NCBI GenBank assembly: GCA_903863935.1
Contig: CAIPDV010000020.1
Location: forward strand, 1-24,838
DNA length: 24,838 bases
From: an uncultured Bacteroidota bacterium
Lineage (GTDB): Bacteria > Bacteroidota > Bacteroidia > JABEUT01
Direction of reading: 5' to 3'
Position numbers and translations under genes: made by a program. Each line of letters starts with the position of its first letter. The stretch's first letter is position 1. Of this stretch, positions 15,537-23,840 are shown piece after piece. The notes below the pieces were generated by a model, which worked only from the letters and a program-made list of their open reading frames with translations, did not search any database and was not told where the DNA came from.

Positions 15537-16048
15537 TTCCTAAATAATTGTATTTCTTTTCTGAATTGCCACCAGCGTTTTGCCTTCTTTGGAAGAGGCT
15601 TTGGTGTCATTTCCCAAAAAGTCTCGTCAAAAGGAATATTTGAATAAGCTTTTGTAAGCTCATACCCATAAGGGTAAATAGACTCATCACCACCATTTCT
15701 GAACCGCTGAATTACCTTTTGCATGGGCCACGCAATTGTTTCATCAGGGAATTTTACCGATACATAAATCTCATCCTGAGGGTCAGTTTCATCAGGCACC
15801 CATTTAGAATCGGGAACTATTTGGATAATAGTTTCGCCCACATAAGCACCTGCAGAGAAAAGAATCTGGCCTAAATCTTTGGCGAGTCTGCTATCCTTAA
15901 TAGGGTTGCCCTTACTCATATTTTGGGTAAAGAACTTATCAATCTCAAAAAAGCTGTGGACGGTATAATCCAGTTTTAGATTCTCTTCGGCAAAGACCTT
16001 CACCAACCAATCGGAGGCAATTTTTATATCATCAATTAATTCAGGCAT
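15533..16048 (-). CDS. hypothetical protein (171 aa), translationally coupled to the ATL gene
   Basis: Clean ORF with a -7 box upstream. Its TGA overlaps the ATL ATG (ATGA at 15533..15536). I recognise no domain. The C-terminal tail is basic (PKKAKRWWQFRK). Confidence 0.65.
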   Translation of the reverse strand: MPELIDDIKIASDWLVKVFAEENLKLDYTVHSFFEIDKFFTQNMSKGNPIKDSRLAKDLGQILFSAGAYVGETIIQIVPDSKWVPDETDPQDEIYVSVKFPDETIAWPMQKVIQRFRNGGDESIYPYGYELTKAYSNIPFDETFWEMTPKPLPKKAKRWWQFRKEIQLFRK

Positions 16049-16075
16049 TCGCAGAAAGGGATTTATTTAAAGTTT

Positions 16076-16083
16076 CAAATTTA
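16076..16083 (-). promoter_or_regulatory. candidate -7 box TAAATTTG for the 16048 operon
   Basis: Exact TAnnTTTG on the minus strand, 28 nt upstream of ATG 16048. Confidence 0.35.
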
Positions 16084-16138
16084 GGGAATATACGGATACT
16101 TAACAATCTCTTAAAATCTATGTTTTATGAATTTTCCG

Positions 16139-16146
16139 TATGTTTG
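16139..16146 (+). promoter_or_regulatory. candidate -7 box TATGTTTG for rimK
   Basis: Exact TAnnTTTG, 25 nt upstream of ATG 16171. It lies inside the ORF-track extension 16120..16170. Confidence 0.4.
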
Positions 16147-16170
16147 TTGAGTTATCGGAACAAACAAACT

Positions 16171-17052
16171 ATGAAAATCGCGATATTATCGAGGAGCCCT
16201 GCCTCCTACTCAACCAAAAGGCTTGTAGAAGCAGGTGAAACCAGAGGCCATGAAATTGTGGTGCTCGACCACCTGAAATGCGTATTGGTTATTGAGCAAG
16301 GCAAACCCCACATCTATTATAAAGGCATTGAAGTGGAAGGCGTGAATGCCGTAATTCCCCGAATTGGCGCGTCTGTTACGTTTTACGGAGCCGCTGTAGT
16401 TCGCCAGTTTGAGATGATGAAAATATTCACCGCCGTTGAATCTCAGGCATTGGTACGTTCGAGAGATAAGCTGCGTTGCTTGCAATTGCTGGCAAAAGCG
16501 GGCATTCCGATTCCGAAATCGGCTTTTGCATACTCCCCAAAAAATGTAGATAATGTAATTGACCAGGTGGGCGGAATACCTGTTATCATTAAGCTTTTGG
16601 AAGGTACTCAAGGCTTGGGCGTAATATTAGCGGAGACAAGAATCTCTGCCAAATCGGTTATTGAAGCTTTTTTAGATGTGCAAGTAAATATTTTGGTTCA
16701 GGAATTTGTGAAAGAAGCCGATGGTGCCGATGTACGTGCGTTTGTAGTAGACGGCCAGGTTGTAGGTGCTATGCTCCGCAAAGGCGCAGAAGGGGACTTC
16801 CGCTCAAACTTGCATCGCGGCGGAACTTCGGAAGTGGTTAAACTTACTACTCAAGAAAAAGCCCTCGCAGTTAAATCTGTTAAGCACCTCGGATTAGGAA
16901 TAGCAGGTGTAGATATGCTACCAACCAAACGCGGATATATCGTGAACGAAGTAAACTCCTCTCCAGGTCTTGAAGGTATTGAAAAGGCTACCGGTAATGA
17001 TATTGCCGGGAAGATTATTGAGTATATAGAACGTAATGAGCATACGAATTAA
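16171..17052 (+). CDS. rimK: RimK-family ATP-grasp alpha-L-glutamate ligase
   Basis: 293 aa from MKIAILSRSP, closely parallel to the E. coli RimK N-terminus. ATP-grasp blocks are present: VIIKLLEGTQGLGV, VQEFV, RSNLHRGG and EVNSSPGLEGIE. Confidence 0.9.
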   Translation: MKIAILSRSPASYSTKRLVEAGETRGHEIVVLDHLKCVLVIEQGKPHIYYKGIEVEGVNAVIPRIGASVTFYGAAVVRQFEMMKIFTAVESQALVRSRDKLRCLQLLAKAGIPIPKSAFAYSPKNVDNVIDQVGGIPVIIKLLEGTQGLGVILAETRISAKSVIEAFLDVQVNILVQEFVKEADGADVRAFVVDGQVVGAMLRKGAEGDFRSNLHRGGTSEVVKLTTQEKALAVKSVKHLGLGIAGVDMLPTKRGYIVNEVNSSPGLEGIEKATGNDIAGKIIEYIERNEHTN

Positions 17053-17055
17053 ATA

Positions 17056-17928
17056 ATGGACTTCCTATCACCAAGTAACTTCCCCGATTACGAACTTATT
17101 GATTGCGGTAACTTTGAAAAGCTTGAACGCTTCGGGCAATATATAACGATTCGTCCCGAGCCGCAGGCTGTCTGGGATAGTGCACTTAGTCAGAATGACT
17201 GGAACAAAAAAGCGCATGTGCGGTTTTTGCCGCATTCAAGTTATGCGGGAAATTGGGAGAAATTAAAAACCATGCCCGATAATTGGGAGGTGGCTTACAA
17301 TCTTCCAAACGGTCCGACCATCCGATTCAAACTATCGCTTACTTCTTTCAAGCACGTTGGTATCTTTCCTGAACAGGCCGTACATTGGGATTATATTTAT
17401 CAGAATTTATCATCATTTAAAGGTGAGAAACCCCGATTTCTGAATCTGTTTGCATATACGGGCGGCGCATCCTTGGCTGCTAAAGCGGCAGGGGCTGATG
17501 TTACGCACCTTGATTCAGTTAGACAAGTAGTAAGTTGGGCTAAAAATAATATGGAGTTATCTAAACTGGATAACATCCGATGGCTGATAGAGGACGCAAT
17601 GAAATATGTGAAACGGGAAATAAAAAGAGGAAGCAAATATCAGGGTATTATTTTAGACCCACCCGCTTATGGACACGGACCAGATAAAGAACAATGGAAG
17701 TTGGAAGATAATTTGAATGAAATGGTGAATAGCGTGCTTCAAATTCTAGCTCCCGAAAAGCACATGCTCATTCTTAATACATACTCCCTCGGATTTTCTT
17801 CTTTGATTATTGAAAATCTCTTGAAGAAAAACTACAAAAACCTCCAAATAGGGGAGCTCTATTTACCTTCCACTTCGGGGTTCAAATTACCTCTCGGAGT
17901 GTTTGGAAGGGTTGTTTCGGGTTCTTAA
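17056..17928 (+). CDS. class I SAM-dependent methyltransferase (RlmI/RlmK-like, PF10672-type)
   Basis: 290 aa with the SAM-binding motif LNLFAYTGGASLAAKAAGA, then HLDS and ILDPPAYG. Confidence 0.8.
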   Translation: MDFLSPSNFPDYELIDCGNFEKLERFGQYITIRPEPQAVWDSALSQNDWNKKAHVRFLPHSSYAGNWEKLKTMPDNWEVAYNLPNGPTIRFKLSLTSFKHVGIFPEQAVHWDYIYQNLSSFKGEKPRFLNLFAYTGGASLAAKAAGADVTHLDSVRQVVSWAKNNMELSKLDNIRWLIEDAMKYVKREIKRGSKYQGIILDPPAYGHGPDKEQWKLEDNLNEMVNSVLQILAPEKHMLILNTYSLGFSSLIIENLLKKNYKNLQIGELYLPSTSGFKLPLGVFGRVVSGS

Positions 17929-17992
17929 AGAGCGATGATTTACGAAACTCACTAAGCAGGTCCAAATGACAACTTAGCGGACATGATGATAT

Positions 17993-18505
17993 TTAATTAT
18001 CTTCAACTTCGATGAATAGCCCCCAACCCCACCCAGAAGATCCTTCGTATTCAACATTATACCATTTTGAGATTTTACCTTGTATCGTATCTTGCGGGCC
18101 GTTGGTACTAAGGATTGTTAAGCCTGCATCATAAGGAGCTTTAAGAATAATCGGTGACTTTACGCTGCCCTCCTTTCTAATATTTAATCCACTAAATGCA
18201 ACAACTCTACCAGAATGATTTCCTATAGGATAAGATGATTTTCTTTTTGTTTTACTTGGGCTATTAGATTCTCCTATGACAAACAAAATTATTAAACTAA
18301 TTATTAAAATGCTAATCCATGTGTTTCTACTATGCGCCCTATCAATTCTTGCAGCACAATCAACACATACAGTCCTTAATCCATAATAAGAACGATAACT
18401 TTGACCATAAGACCTTCTGCTCCAAAACCATCCAGAAGAACGCCCAGTATATACTTCGCGCCTGTGATTTGCACTAGCACATCCACAGATGTAACAATTT
18501 GCCAT
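17993..18505 (-). CDS. zinc-ribbon / single TM / SH3b-domain membrane protein
   Basis: 170 aa. It has CYIC...CVDC flanking an R/S/Y/G-rich loop, a TM helix WISILIISLIILFVIG, and a C-terminal SH3_3-like domain (VVAFSGLNIRKEGS...WYNVEYEGSSGWGWGLFIE). Confidence 0.7.
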   Translation of the reverse strand: MANCYICGCASANHRREVYTGRSSGWFWSRRSYGQSYRSYYGLRTVCVDCAARIDRAHSRNTWISILIISLIILFVIGESNSPSKTKRKSSYPIGNHSGRVVAFSGLNIRKEGSVKSPIILKAPYDAGLTILSTNGPQDTIQGKISKWYNVEYEGSSGWGWGLFIEVEDN

Positions 18506-18544
18506 AGATGTAGTTCTTATCGATTCATCTATTTATTACTCTGT

Positions 18545-19153
18545 TTACTTAAAATAAACTGTATCTAAATCAATTAAATTGGCTCCTTTTTCTATAGCTT
18601 TTTTATCCTCCACATTCGCAAATTCTAAAAATTGAGCATGACTCAATCCAAAAACTTCTTGTAATTTAACTTTATATAGTGATTCTTGTGAATCCCAGCC
18701 ACTCCATGGGTCATTCATTGAGTTTTGCACTTTCACTTCATAATTTTGCGTTTTATTATGAAGTAGGTTTATATACATTTTTTCTAATTCAGGTTGTAAA
18801 ATTTCACCTATAGCATCCCTTCTATGCTTATAAAGGTCATTATCTGCAAGAGCAAAAACCCATTTTACATACTTTACATGATTTATTTCACCTTGAGGCA
18901 AACTCTTTCCATGTATTGTAATTGAATGAGAAATAAATCTCAATACGATGTTCATTAAATCCTCTTTGATTTCATGTATCTTATTGATTTTGTAATTTAA
19001 AAGGGTAGCCCGTAAAGATTCCTCCGTCAATTTTTTCTCAAGAACCAATTGCCAAATGTCATCGGAGTATGATTTAACTTTTTTATCTGCTAAAATGTCA
19101 GACAAACTTTCACTTACTTCAAGTTTCTCTTGTATCTTAATTTTATTTTCCAT
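18545..19153 (-). CDS. hypothetical protein (202 aa, predicted all-helical, no recognised domain)
   Basis: Clean ORF in an AT-rich segment, 39 nt upstream of the SH3b gene on the same strand. It has its own -7 box. Confidence 0.6.
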   Translation of the reverse strand: MENKIKIQEKLEVSESLSDILADKKVKSYSDDIWQLVLEKKLTEESLRATLLNYKINKIHEIKEDLMNIVLRFISHSITIHGKSLPQGEINHVKYVKWVFALADNDLYKHRRDAIGEILQPELEKMYINLLHNKTQNYEVKVQNSMNDPWSGWDSQESLYKVKLQEVFGLSHAQFLEFANVEDKKAIEKGANLIDLDTVYFK

Positions 19154-19183
19154 TAGAGCTTTAATTATATGTATTTTGAACTA

Positions 19184-19191
19184 CAAATGTA
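19184..19191 (-). promoter_or_regulatory. candidate -7 box TACATTTG for the 19153-17993 gene pair
   Basis: Exact TAnnTTTG on the minus strand, 31 nt upstream of ATG 19153. Confidence 0.35.
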
Positions 19192-19376
19192 TAAAAGTTC
19201 TTCACATGTCCAATTGTCTAAATAAACCCTCTAAAGTTCATTTAGTGGTCATTATGGGTTTTCTAAATATCTGATTTTAAGCTATTTTTAAAGAAAGTTT
19301 GGTTATTCCGAAATAGATACTCAAATTTGCGGACTGATTCCAAGAACGTACACCTTATATATATAGTAAAGAATAC

Positions 19377-21728
19377 ATGGTAAAAAACTTATTGATTGTA
19401 GAGTCTCCTGCCAAAGCAAAAACGATTGAAAAATACCTTGGGAAGGATTTTATAGTCAAGTCGAGTATCGGGCACATTCGTGATCTTCCTGAGAAAGGAA
19501 TCGGGATAGATATTGAACATGATTTTGCCCCGCAGTATGAAGTTTCTACGGACAAAAAGAAGGTAGTTGCCGAACTAAAAAAGCTTGCCAAGGAAGCAGA
19601 TACAGTATGGTTAGCAACGGATGAGGACAGAGAAGGGGAAGCCATTGCATGGCATTTGCTCGAGGCGCTTGGAATAAAGGAAAGCAAAACCAAAAGGGTT
19701 GTTTACCATGAAATTACCAAGACTGCTATTATGGCTGCCATTGAAAACCCACGCAGTATTGATAAGGCTTTAGTAGATGCACAACAAGCACGCCGCATAT
19801 TAGATAGATTGGTTGGTTATGAACTTTCGCCTGTGTTATGGAGGAAAGTTAAACCATCACTTTCCGCAGGAAGGGTGCAATCTGTAGCTGTTCGATTAAT
19901 TGTAGAACGTGAAAGAGAAGTGAATGGCTTTAACTCCGTTCCATTCTTTAAAGTGGATGGATTATTTAACACCAGCAACACCAACTTCCACGCTGAATTA
20001 GATAAGAGATATTCGAATGAGGAAGATGCATTAGGCTTCTTAACCAAAATAAAAGGCGCGGAGTTTTCTGTAAAAGATTTAGAAAAGAAACCTGCGAAAC
20101 GCTCTCCATCGGCACCATTTACCACCTCTACCTTGCAACAGGAAGCGAGTCGTAAACTGAGTTTTTCTGTATTGCAGACCATGCGCGTTGCACAGGGCTT
20201 ATACGAGAAAGGGGATATTACTTATATGAGAACTGACTCAGTAAACCTTTCGCAACAAGCCATTGATGGAGCAAAAGCAGAAATTGAAAAATCGTTCGGA
20301 GCTAAATATGCCGAAACAAGACAATATAAAACCAAGTCTTCCGGAGCGCAAGAGGCTCACGAAGCAATACGCCCTACTGACTTTTCAGCGAAAGAAATTG
20401 CAGGGCATGATAGTAATGAAGCCCGCTTGTATGACCTGATTCGCAAGCGTACCATTGCATCGCAAATGGCGAATGCTGAGTTGGAAAAAACAGTTATTAC
20501 AATTGGTCAGAATAAGACCGACGATAATTTTATTGCGACTGGAGAAGTAATCATATTCGATGGATTTTTGAGAGTCTATTCTGAGTCGGATGATGAAGAT
20601 GTAGAAAAGGAAAGTGATGAAACACTTCCGATGGTTAAAACAGGCGAAAAAGCAAACTTTCTGGAGGCAAATGCTACCCAGCGTTTCCCAAATTCGTTGC
20701 CGAGATATACGGAAGCAAGTCTTGTGAAGAAGCTTGAAGCGCTTGGTATTGGAAGGCCTTCTACATACGCTCCGACTATCTCTACTGTCCAGAAAAGAGG
20801 CTATGTTGTAAAGGAAAGCAGAGAAGGAACTCCACGGCCATACAAAGTGCTTACACTGAAAAACGGAGAGATAACCGCTACCACTAAAACAGAAAATACC
20901 GGAGCAGAAAAGTCAAAACTTTTCCCGACTGATATTGGCTCTGTAGTAACCGATTTCCTGGTTGAAAATTTTGGAGAAATATTAGATTATAATTTCACTG
21001 CACAAGTGGAAGAAGAGTTTGATATTATTGCCGAAGGTAAATTGTCATGGACTAAAATGTTGCATCAGTTTTATGATCCGTTCCATGCTACAGTAACCAA
21101 AGCTACGGATGTAAAAAAGAAAACTTCAGGAGAAAAATTATTGGGACAAGATGCACACGGCAAGAACGTGTATGCCAAAATTGGCCGCTACGGACCAATG
21201 ATTCAAATTGGTGATTTTGCTGAAGGTGAAGAAGAAACCAAAGCAGAAGATAAACCAAAATATTCCAAGATGCGTGCTGACCAACGTATGGAAACCATTA
21301 CATTGGAAGAGGCATTGGATTTATTTAAGATGCCGAGAAACATTGGCAAATTTGAAGATAAGGACATGGTAGTAGGCATTGGAAGATTTGGCCCGTACAT
21401 CAGACATGATGGACTTTTTGTTTCCATTCCAAAAACAGATGATGCTTTTACGATAGTTGAAGAGAGAGCCATTGAGTTGATTAAAGAAAAAAGACAAAAA
21501 GAAATAGAAAAAAATATTAAAACCTTTGCTCATGACCCCGAAATAAGGGTATTGAAAGGAAGATTCGGTCCATATATTACGATGGATAAGAATAATTATA
21601 AAATTCCAAAAGGAAAAGAAGCCGCAGACCTGACGCTGGAAGAATGTTTGGAGATAATTAAGACTCAAGATGCCGCTCCTAAGAAGAAAGGAAGATTCAC
21701 ACCACGGAAAAAAGCAGCGAAGGAGTAA
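19377..21728 (+). CDS. topA: DNA topoisomerase I (type IA)
   Basis: 783 aa with Toprim (LLIVESPAKAKTIEKYLG, DEDREGEAIAWH) and the catalytic Tyr block ITYMRTDS. The C-terminus has three GR(F/Y)GPY repeats, a Lys-rich tail and only one Cys, so it has no zinc ribbons. Confidence 0.95.
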   Translation: MVKNLLIVESPAKAKTIEKYLGKDFIVKSSIGHIRDLPEKGIGIDIEHDFAPQYEVSTDKKKVVAELKKLAKEADTVWLATDEDREGEAIAWHLLEALGIKESKTKRVVYHEITKTAIMAAIENPRSIDKALVDAQQARRILDRLVGYELSPVLWRKVKPSLSAGRVQSVAVRLIVEREREVNGFNSVPFFKVDGLFNTSNTNFHAELDKRYSNEEDALGFLTKIKGAEFSVKDLEKKPAKRSPSAPFTTSTLQQEASRKLSFSVLQTMRVAQGLYEKGDITYMRTDSVNLSQQAIDGAKAEIEKSFGAKYAETRQYKTKSSGAQEAHEAIRPTDFSAKEIAGHDSNEARLYDLIRKRTIASQMANAELEKTVITIGQNKTDDNFIATGEVIIFDGFLRVYSESDDEDVEKESDETLPMVKTGEKANFLEANATQRFPNSLPRYTEASLVKKLEALGIGRPSTYAPTISTVQKRGYVVKESREGTPRPYKVLTLKNGEITATTKTENTGAEKSKLFPTDIGSVVTDFLVENFGEILDYNFTAQVEEEFDIIAEGKLSWTKMLHQFYDPFHATVTKATDVKKKTSGEKLLGQDAHGKNVYAKIGRYGPMIQIGDFAEGEEETKAEDKPKYSKMRADQRMETITLEEALDLFKMPRNIGKFEDKDMVVGIGRFGPYIRHDGLFVSIPKTDDAFTIVEERAIELIKEKRQKEIEKNIKTFAHDPEIRVLKGRFGPYITMDKNNYKIPKGKEAADLTLEECLEIIKTQDAAPKKKGRFTPRKKAAKE

Positions 21729-21753
21729 TTGAGACATAGTTGTTTTTCAATTT

Positions 21754-22182
21754 ATGCCACAAAATCACGAAAACACAAAAACCCACGAAAAAAACTTTGA
21801 GCCTATATCAAATGAATTAGAGCAAATTGGGAAAAAGATCGTTGATTCGGCATATACGGTTCATAAGAGATTAGGTTCTGGATTATTAGAAAAAGTTTAT
21901 GAAATTTGTTTATGCCACGAATTAGAGAAGCGTGGCTTGAATTATGTTCGTCAAATGGATATTCCGATAAAATATGACGGAATTACTTTCAAAGAAGGTT
22001 TAAGATTAGATGTTTTAGTTGAGAACGAAATCATTTGTGAAATTAAAGCCGTTGATTTAATTAATCCTGTTTGGGATGCTCAAGTTCTTAGTTATTTAAA
22101 ATTAACTAATAAACGTTTGGGTTATTTAATTAATTTTAACGTCGTAAATATTGGTCAAGGCATTAAACGATTTGTCTTATAA
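21754..22182 (+). CDS. GxxExxY protein (PD-(D/E)XK nuclease-like family)
   Basis: 142 aa. The eponymous motif is GLLEKVYE. The family-typical core is RLDVLVENEIICEIKAV and LSYLKLTNKRLGYLINFN. Confidence 0.85.
   Translation: MPQNHENTKTHEKNFEPISNELEQIGKKIVDSAYTVHKRLGSGLLEKVYEICLCHELEKRGLNYVRQMDIPIKYDGITFKEGLRLDVLVENEIICEIKAVDLINPVWDAQVLSYLKLTNKRLGYLINFNVVNIGQGIKRFVL
21756..21794. repeat. left terminal inverted repeat of the GxxExxY cassette
   Basis: GCCACAAAATCACGAAAACACAAAAACCCACGAAAAAAA matches the reverse complement of 22185..22221 at 31 of 37 positions. It is built from CACnAAAA-like sub-repeats and encodes the first ~13 codons of the gene. Confidence 0.7.
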
Positions 22183-22184
22183 AT

Positions 22185-22221
22185 TTTTTGTGGGATTTTG
22201 TGCTTTAGTGTTTTAGTGGCT
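22185..22221. repeat. right terminal inverted repeat of the GxxExxY cassette
   Basis: TTTTTTGTGGGATTTTGTGCTTTAGTGTTTTAGTGGC starts 2 nt after the stop codon. It is also similar to the right arm of the 7780..7857 hairpin (GTGCTCTTAGTGTCTTAGTGG). Confidence 0.7.
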
Positions 22222-22240
22222 TATTTGTTATTTTAAAAAA

Positions 22241-23398
22241 ATGGAAATAAAAAGTTACCTCACACCTGCTGACATAGAAACGGAATCCTACGAATCTTTC
22301 CAATGGGGTAGTCATTTGAAACGTTTCACAACTGGAAATTTCCCTGATTTAGATGGCGTAAAAGCAGCCATTATTGGTATTGGCGAATCACGCAATTCAT
22401 TAGGTAACGATGGTTGTGCTAATGCACCCGATAAGGTTCGGGAGTTCTTTTATAAACTTTCAGCTACCACCGGAATCAGTATAGCAGATATCGGTAATTT
22501 AATTCCCGGACACACACCAAAAGACACGTATGTAGCTGTGGAATATGTCTGTTCTGAATTGCTGGAAAAGAAAATTGTGCCAATCATAATCGGCGGGAGC
22601 CAAGACCTGACCTTTGCAAATTACCTTGCCTACCAACGGTTACAGCAAACAATAAATCTTGTTTGCATAGACCGAAAAGTTGACCTTGGAGTTTCAGAAG
22701 ATACCATTGATGCAGGTTCTTACTTAAGCAATATCATTCAACATTCATCGGCGTTACTTTTTAATTTGAGTCTTATTGCTTATCAAAGTCATTTTATAAA
22801 TACAGAAGAAATTGAGACGCTTCAAAAAATGTATTTTGATACATACCGTCTTGGCTTTATTCAAACAAAGATAGAGGAAGCTGAACCGGTAGTAAGGAAT
22901 GCAGATATCCTTAGTATTGATATTTCCGCCATCCGGCAGTCAGATGCGCCAGCCTGTGCGTATACTACTCCCAATGGCCTTTACGGTGAAGAGTTATGTC
23001 AAATTATGCGCTATGCAGGGATGAGCGATAAACTTTCATCAGTAGGTATTTATGAATTGAATCCGAACTTTGATAACCGTGGACAGACTGCACACTTAGC
23101 AGCCCAAATGATATGGTATTTCCTGGAAGGTTTTGCTAACCGCAAAGATGACTTTCCGGTTGTATCATCGAAAGATTACATGAAATATATTGTTGCGTTG
23201 AAAGCTCCTGAACACGAAATTGTATTTTATAAAAGTTTGAAAACAGACCGTTGGTGGATGGAAGTTCCTTTTAAAGTTGACGATAAATCAAAATTTGAAA
23301 GACACCATTTAGTACCTTGCTCCTATGATGATTACTTGCTCGCTTGTGCCGAGGAAATGCCTGATAGATGGTGGCAGGCTTATCAGAAGTTGAATTGA
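22241..23398 (+). CDS. arginase/formimidoylglutamase-fold protein with substituted metal-ligand motifs and a ~90-aa C-terminal extension
   Basis: 385 aa with ureohydrolase blocks recognisable (IIGIGESRNSLGNDGCANAPDKVR, DIGNL, IIIGGSQDLT, VCIDRKVDL, LSIDISAIRQSDAPA, YELNPNFDNRGQTAHLAA). Confidence 0.8.
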   Translation: MEIKSYLTPADIETESYESFQWGSHLKRFTTGNFPDLDGVKAAIIGIGESRNSLGNDGCANAPDKVREFFYKLSATTGISIADIGNLIPGHTPKDTYVAVEYVCSELLEKKIVPIIIGGSQDLTFANYLAYQRLQQTINLVCIDRKVDLGVSEDTIDAGSYLSNIIQHSSALLFNLSLIAYQSHFINTEEIETLQKMYFDTYRLGFIQTKIEEAEPVVRNADILSIDISAIRQSDAPACAYTTPNGLYGEELCQIMRYAGMSDKLSSVGIYELNPNFDNRGQTAHLAAQMIWYFLEGFANRKDDFPVVSSKDYMKYIVALKAPEHEIVFYKSLKTDRWWMEVPFKVDDKSKFERHHLVPCSYDDYLLACAEEMPDRWWQAYQKLN

Positions 23399-23445
23399 TT
23401 TTCAATTAGTCGAAGTTTAAAATTCCAGTTCAAATTAATTTGATC

Positions 23446-23733
23446 ATGATGACTGCGAAGCAAATTAATTATCTGAAGTACCAGTTAATTATATTTATCG
23501 TTGGTTCAATTATCTCCATTCTATCAAGCTTTTCAATACTTAGCTGGGGTGTTGAGTTTTCGGGCAGTTCATTGTGGTATGTGCTGGGGCCCATTATTAT
23601 TATTCAATTTCTTATACTTCTTTTTGGTTGGGATGGAAAATTTCTGAGGCCGGGATTAATTATTTCAGGAATTCTATTCAGCATCATTTTATTTATCGGT
23701 TTCATCTCTCTCAAGTTCCAACTTGGCATTTAG
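23446..23733 (+). CDS. small 3-TM membrane protein (95 aa from ATG 23446)
   Basis: The ORF has three hydrophobic helices. It lies between the two copies of the arginase-gene 3-prime end. Confidence 0.45.
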   Translation: MMTAKQINYLKYQLIIFIVGSIISILSSFSILSWGVEFSGSSLWYVLGPIIIIQFLILLFGWDGKFLRPGLIISGILFSIILFIGFISLKFQLGI

Positions 23734-23840
23734 TTCACTTCAAATTAACAGGATTTTATCCTGAGTTTGGCAAATTTTTGCAGTAAAAAAAAGCAAGAAT
23801 TATTAATAAAAACCACTACAGGCAACTTCGCGGCTACAGA

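Noticed and set aside
16120-16170. 17-codon N-terminal extension of rimK in the ORF track
   Set aside because: MKIAILSR at 16171 matches the canonical RimK N-terminus. A TATGTTTG promoter box lies inside the extension.
17949-17985. CACTAAG ... CTTAG motifs downstream of the methyltransferase gene, as another copy of the 7780-type repeat
   Set aside because: Only 5-7 nt are shared and there is no extended arm pairing. This is too short to distinguish from chance.
19355-21737. Several antisense or alternative-frame ORFs within topA (19355..19693, 19817..20182, 21203..21472, 21321..21737)
   Set aside because: All are embedded in a full-length, strongly conserved topoisomerase I CDS.
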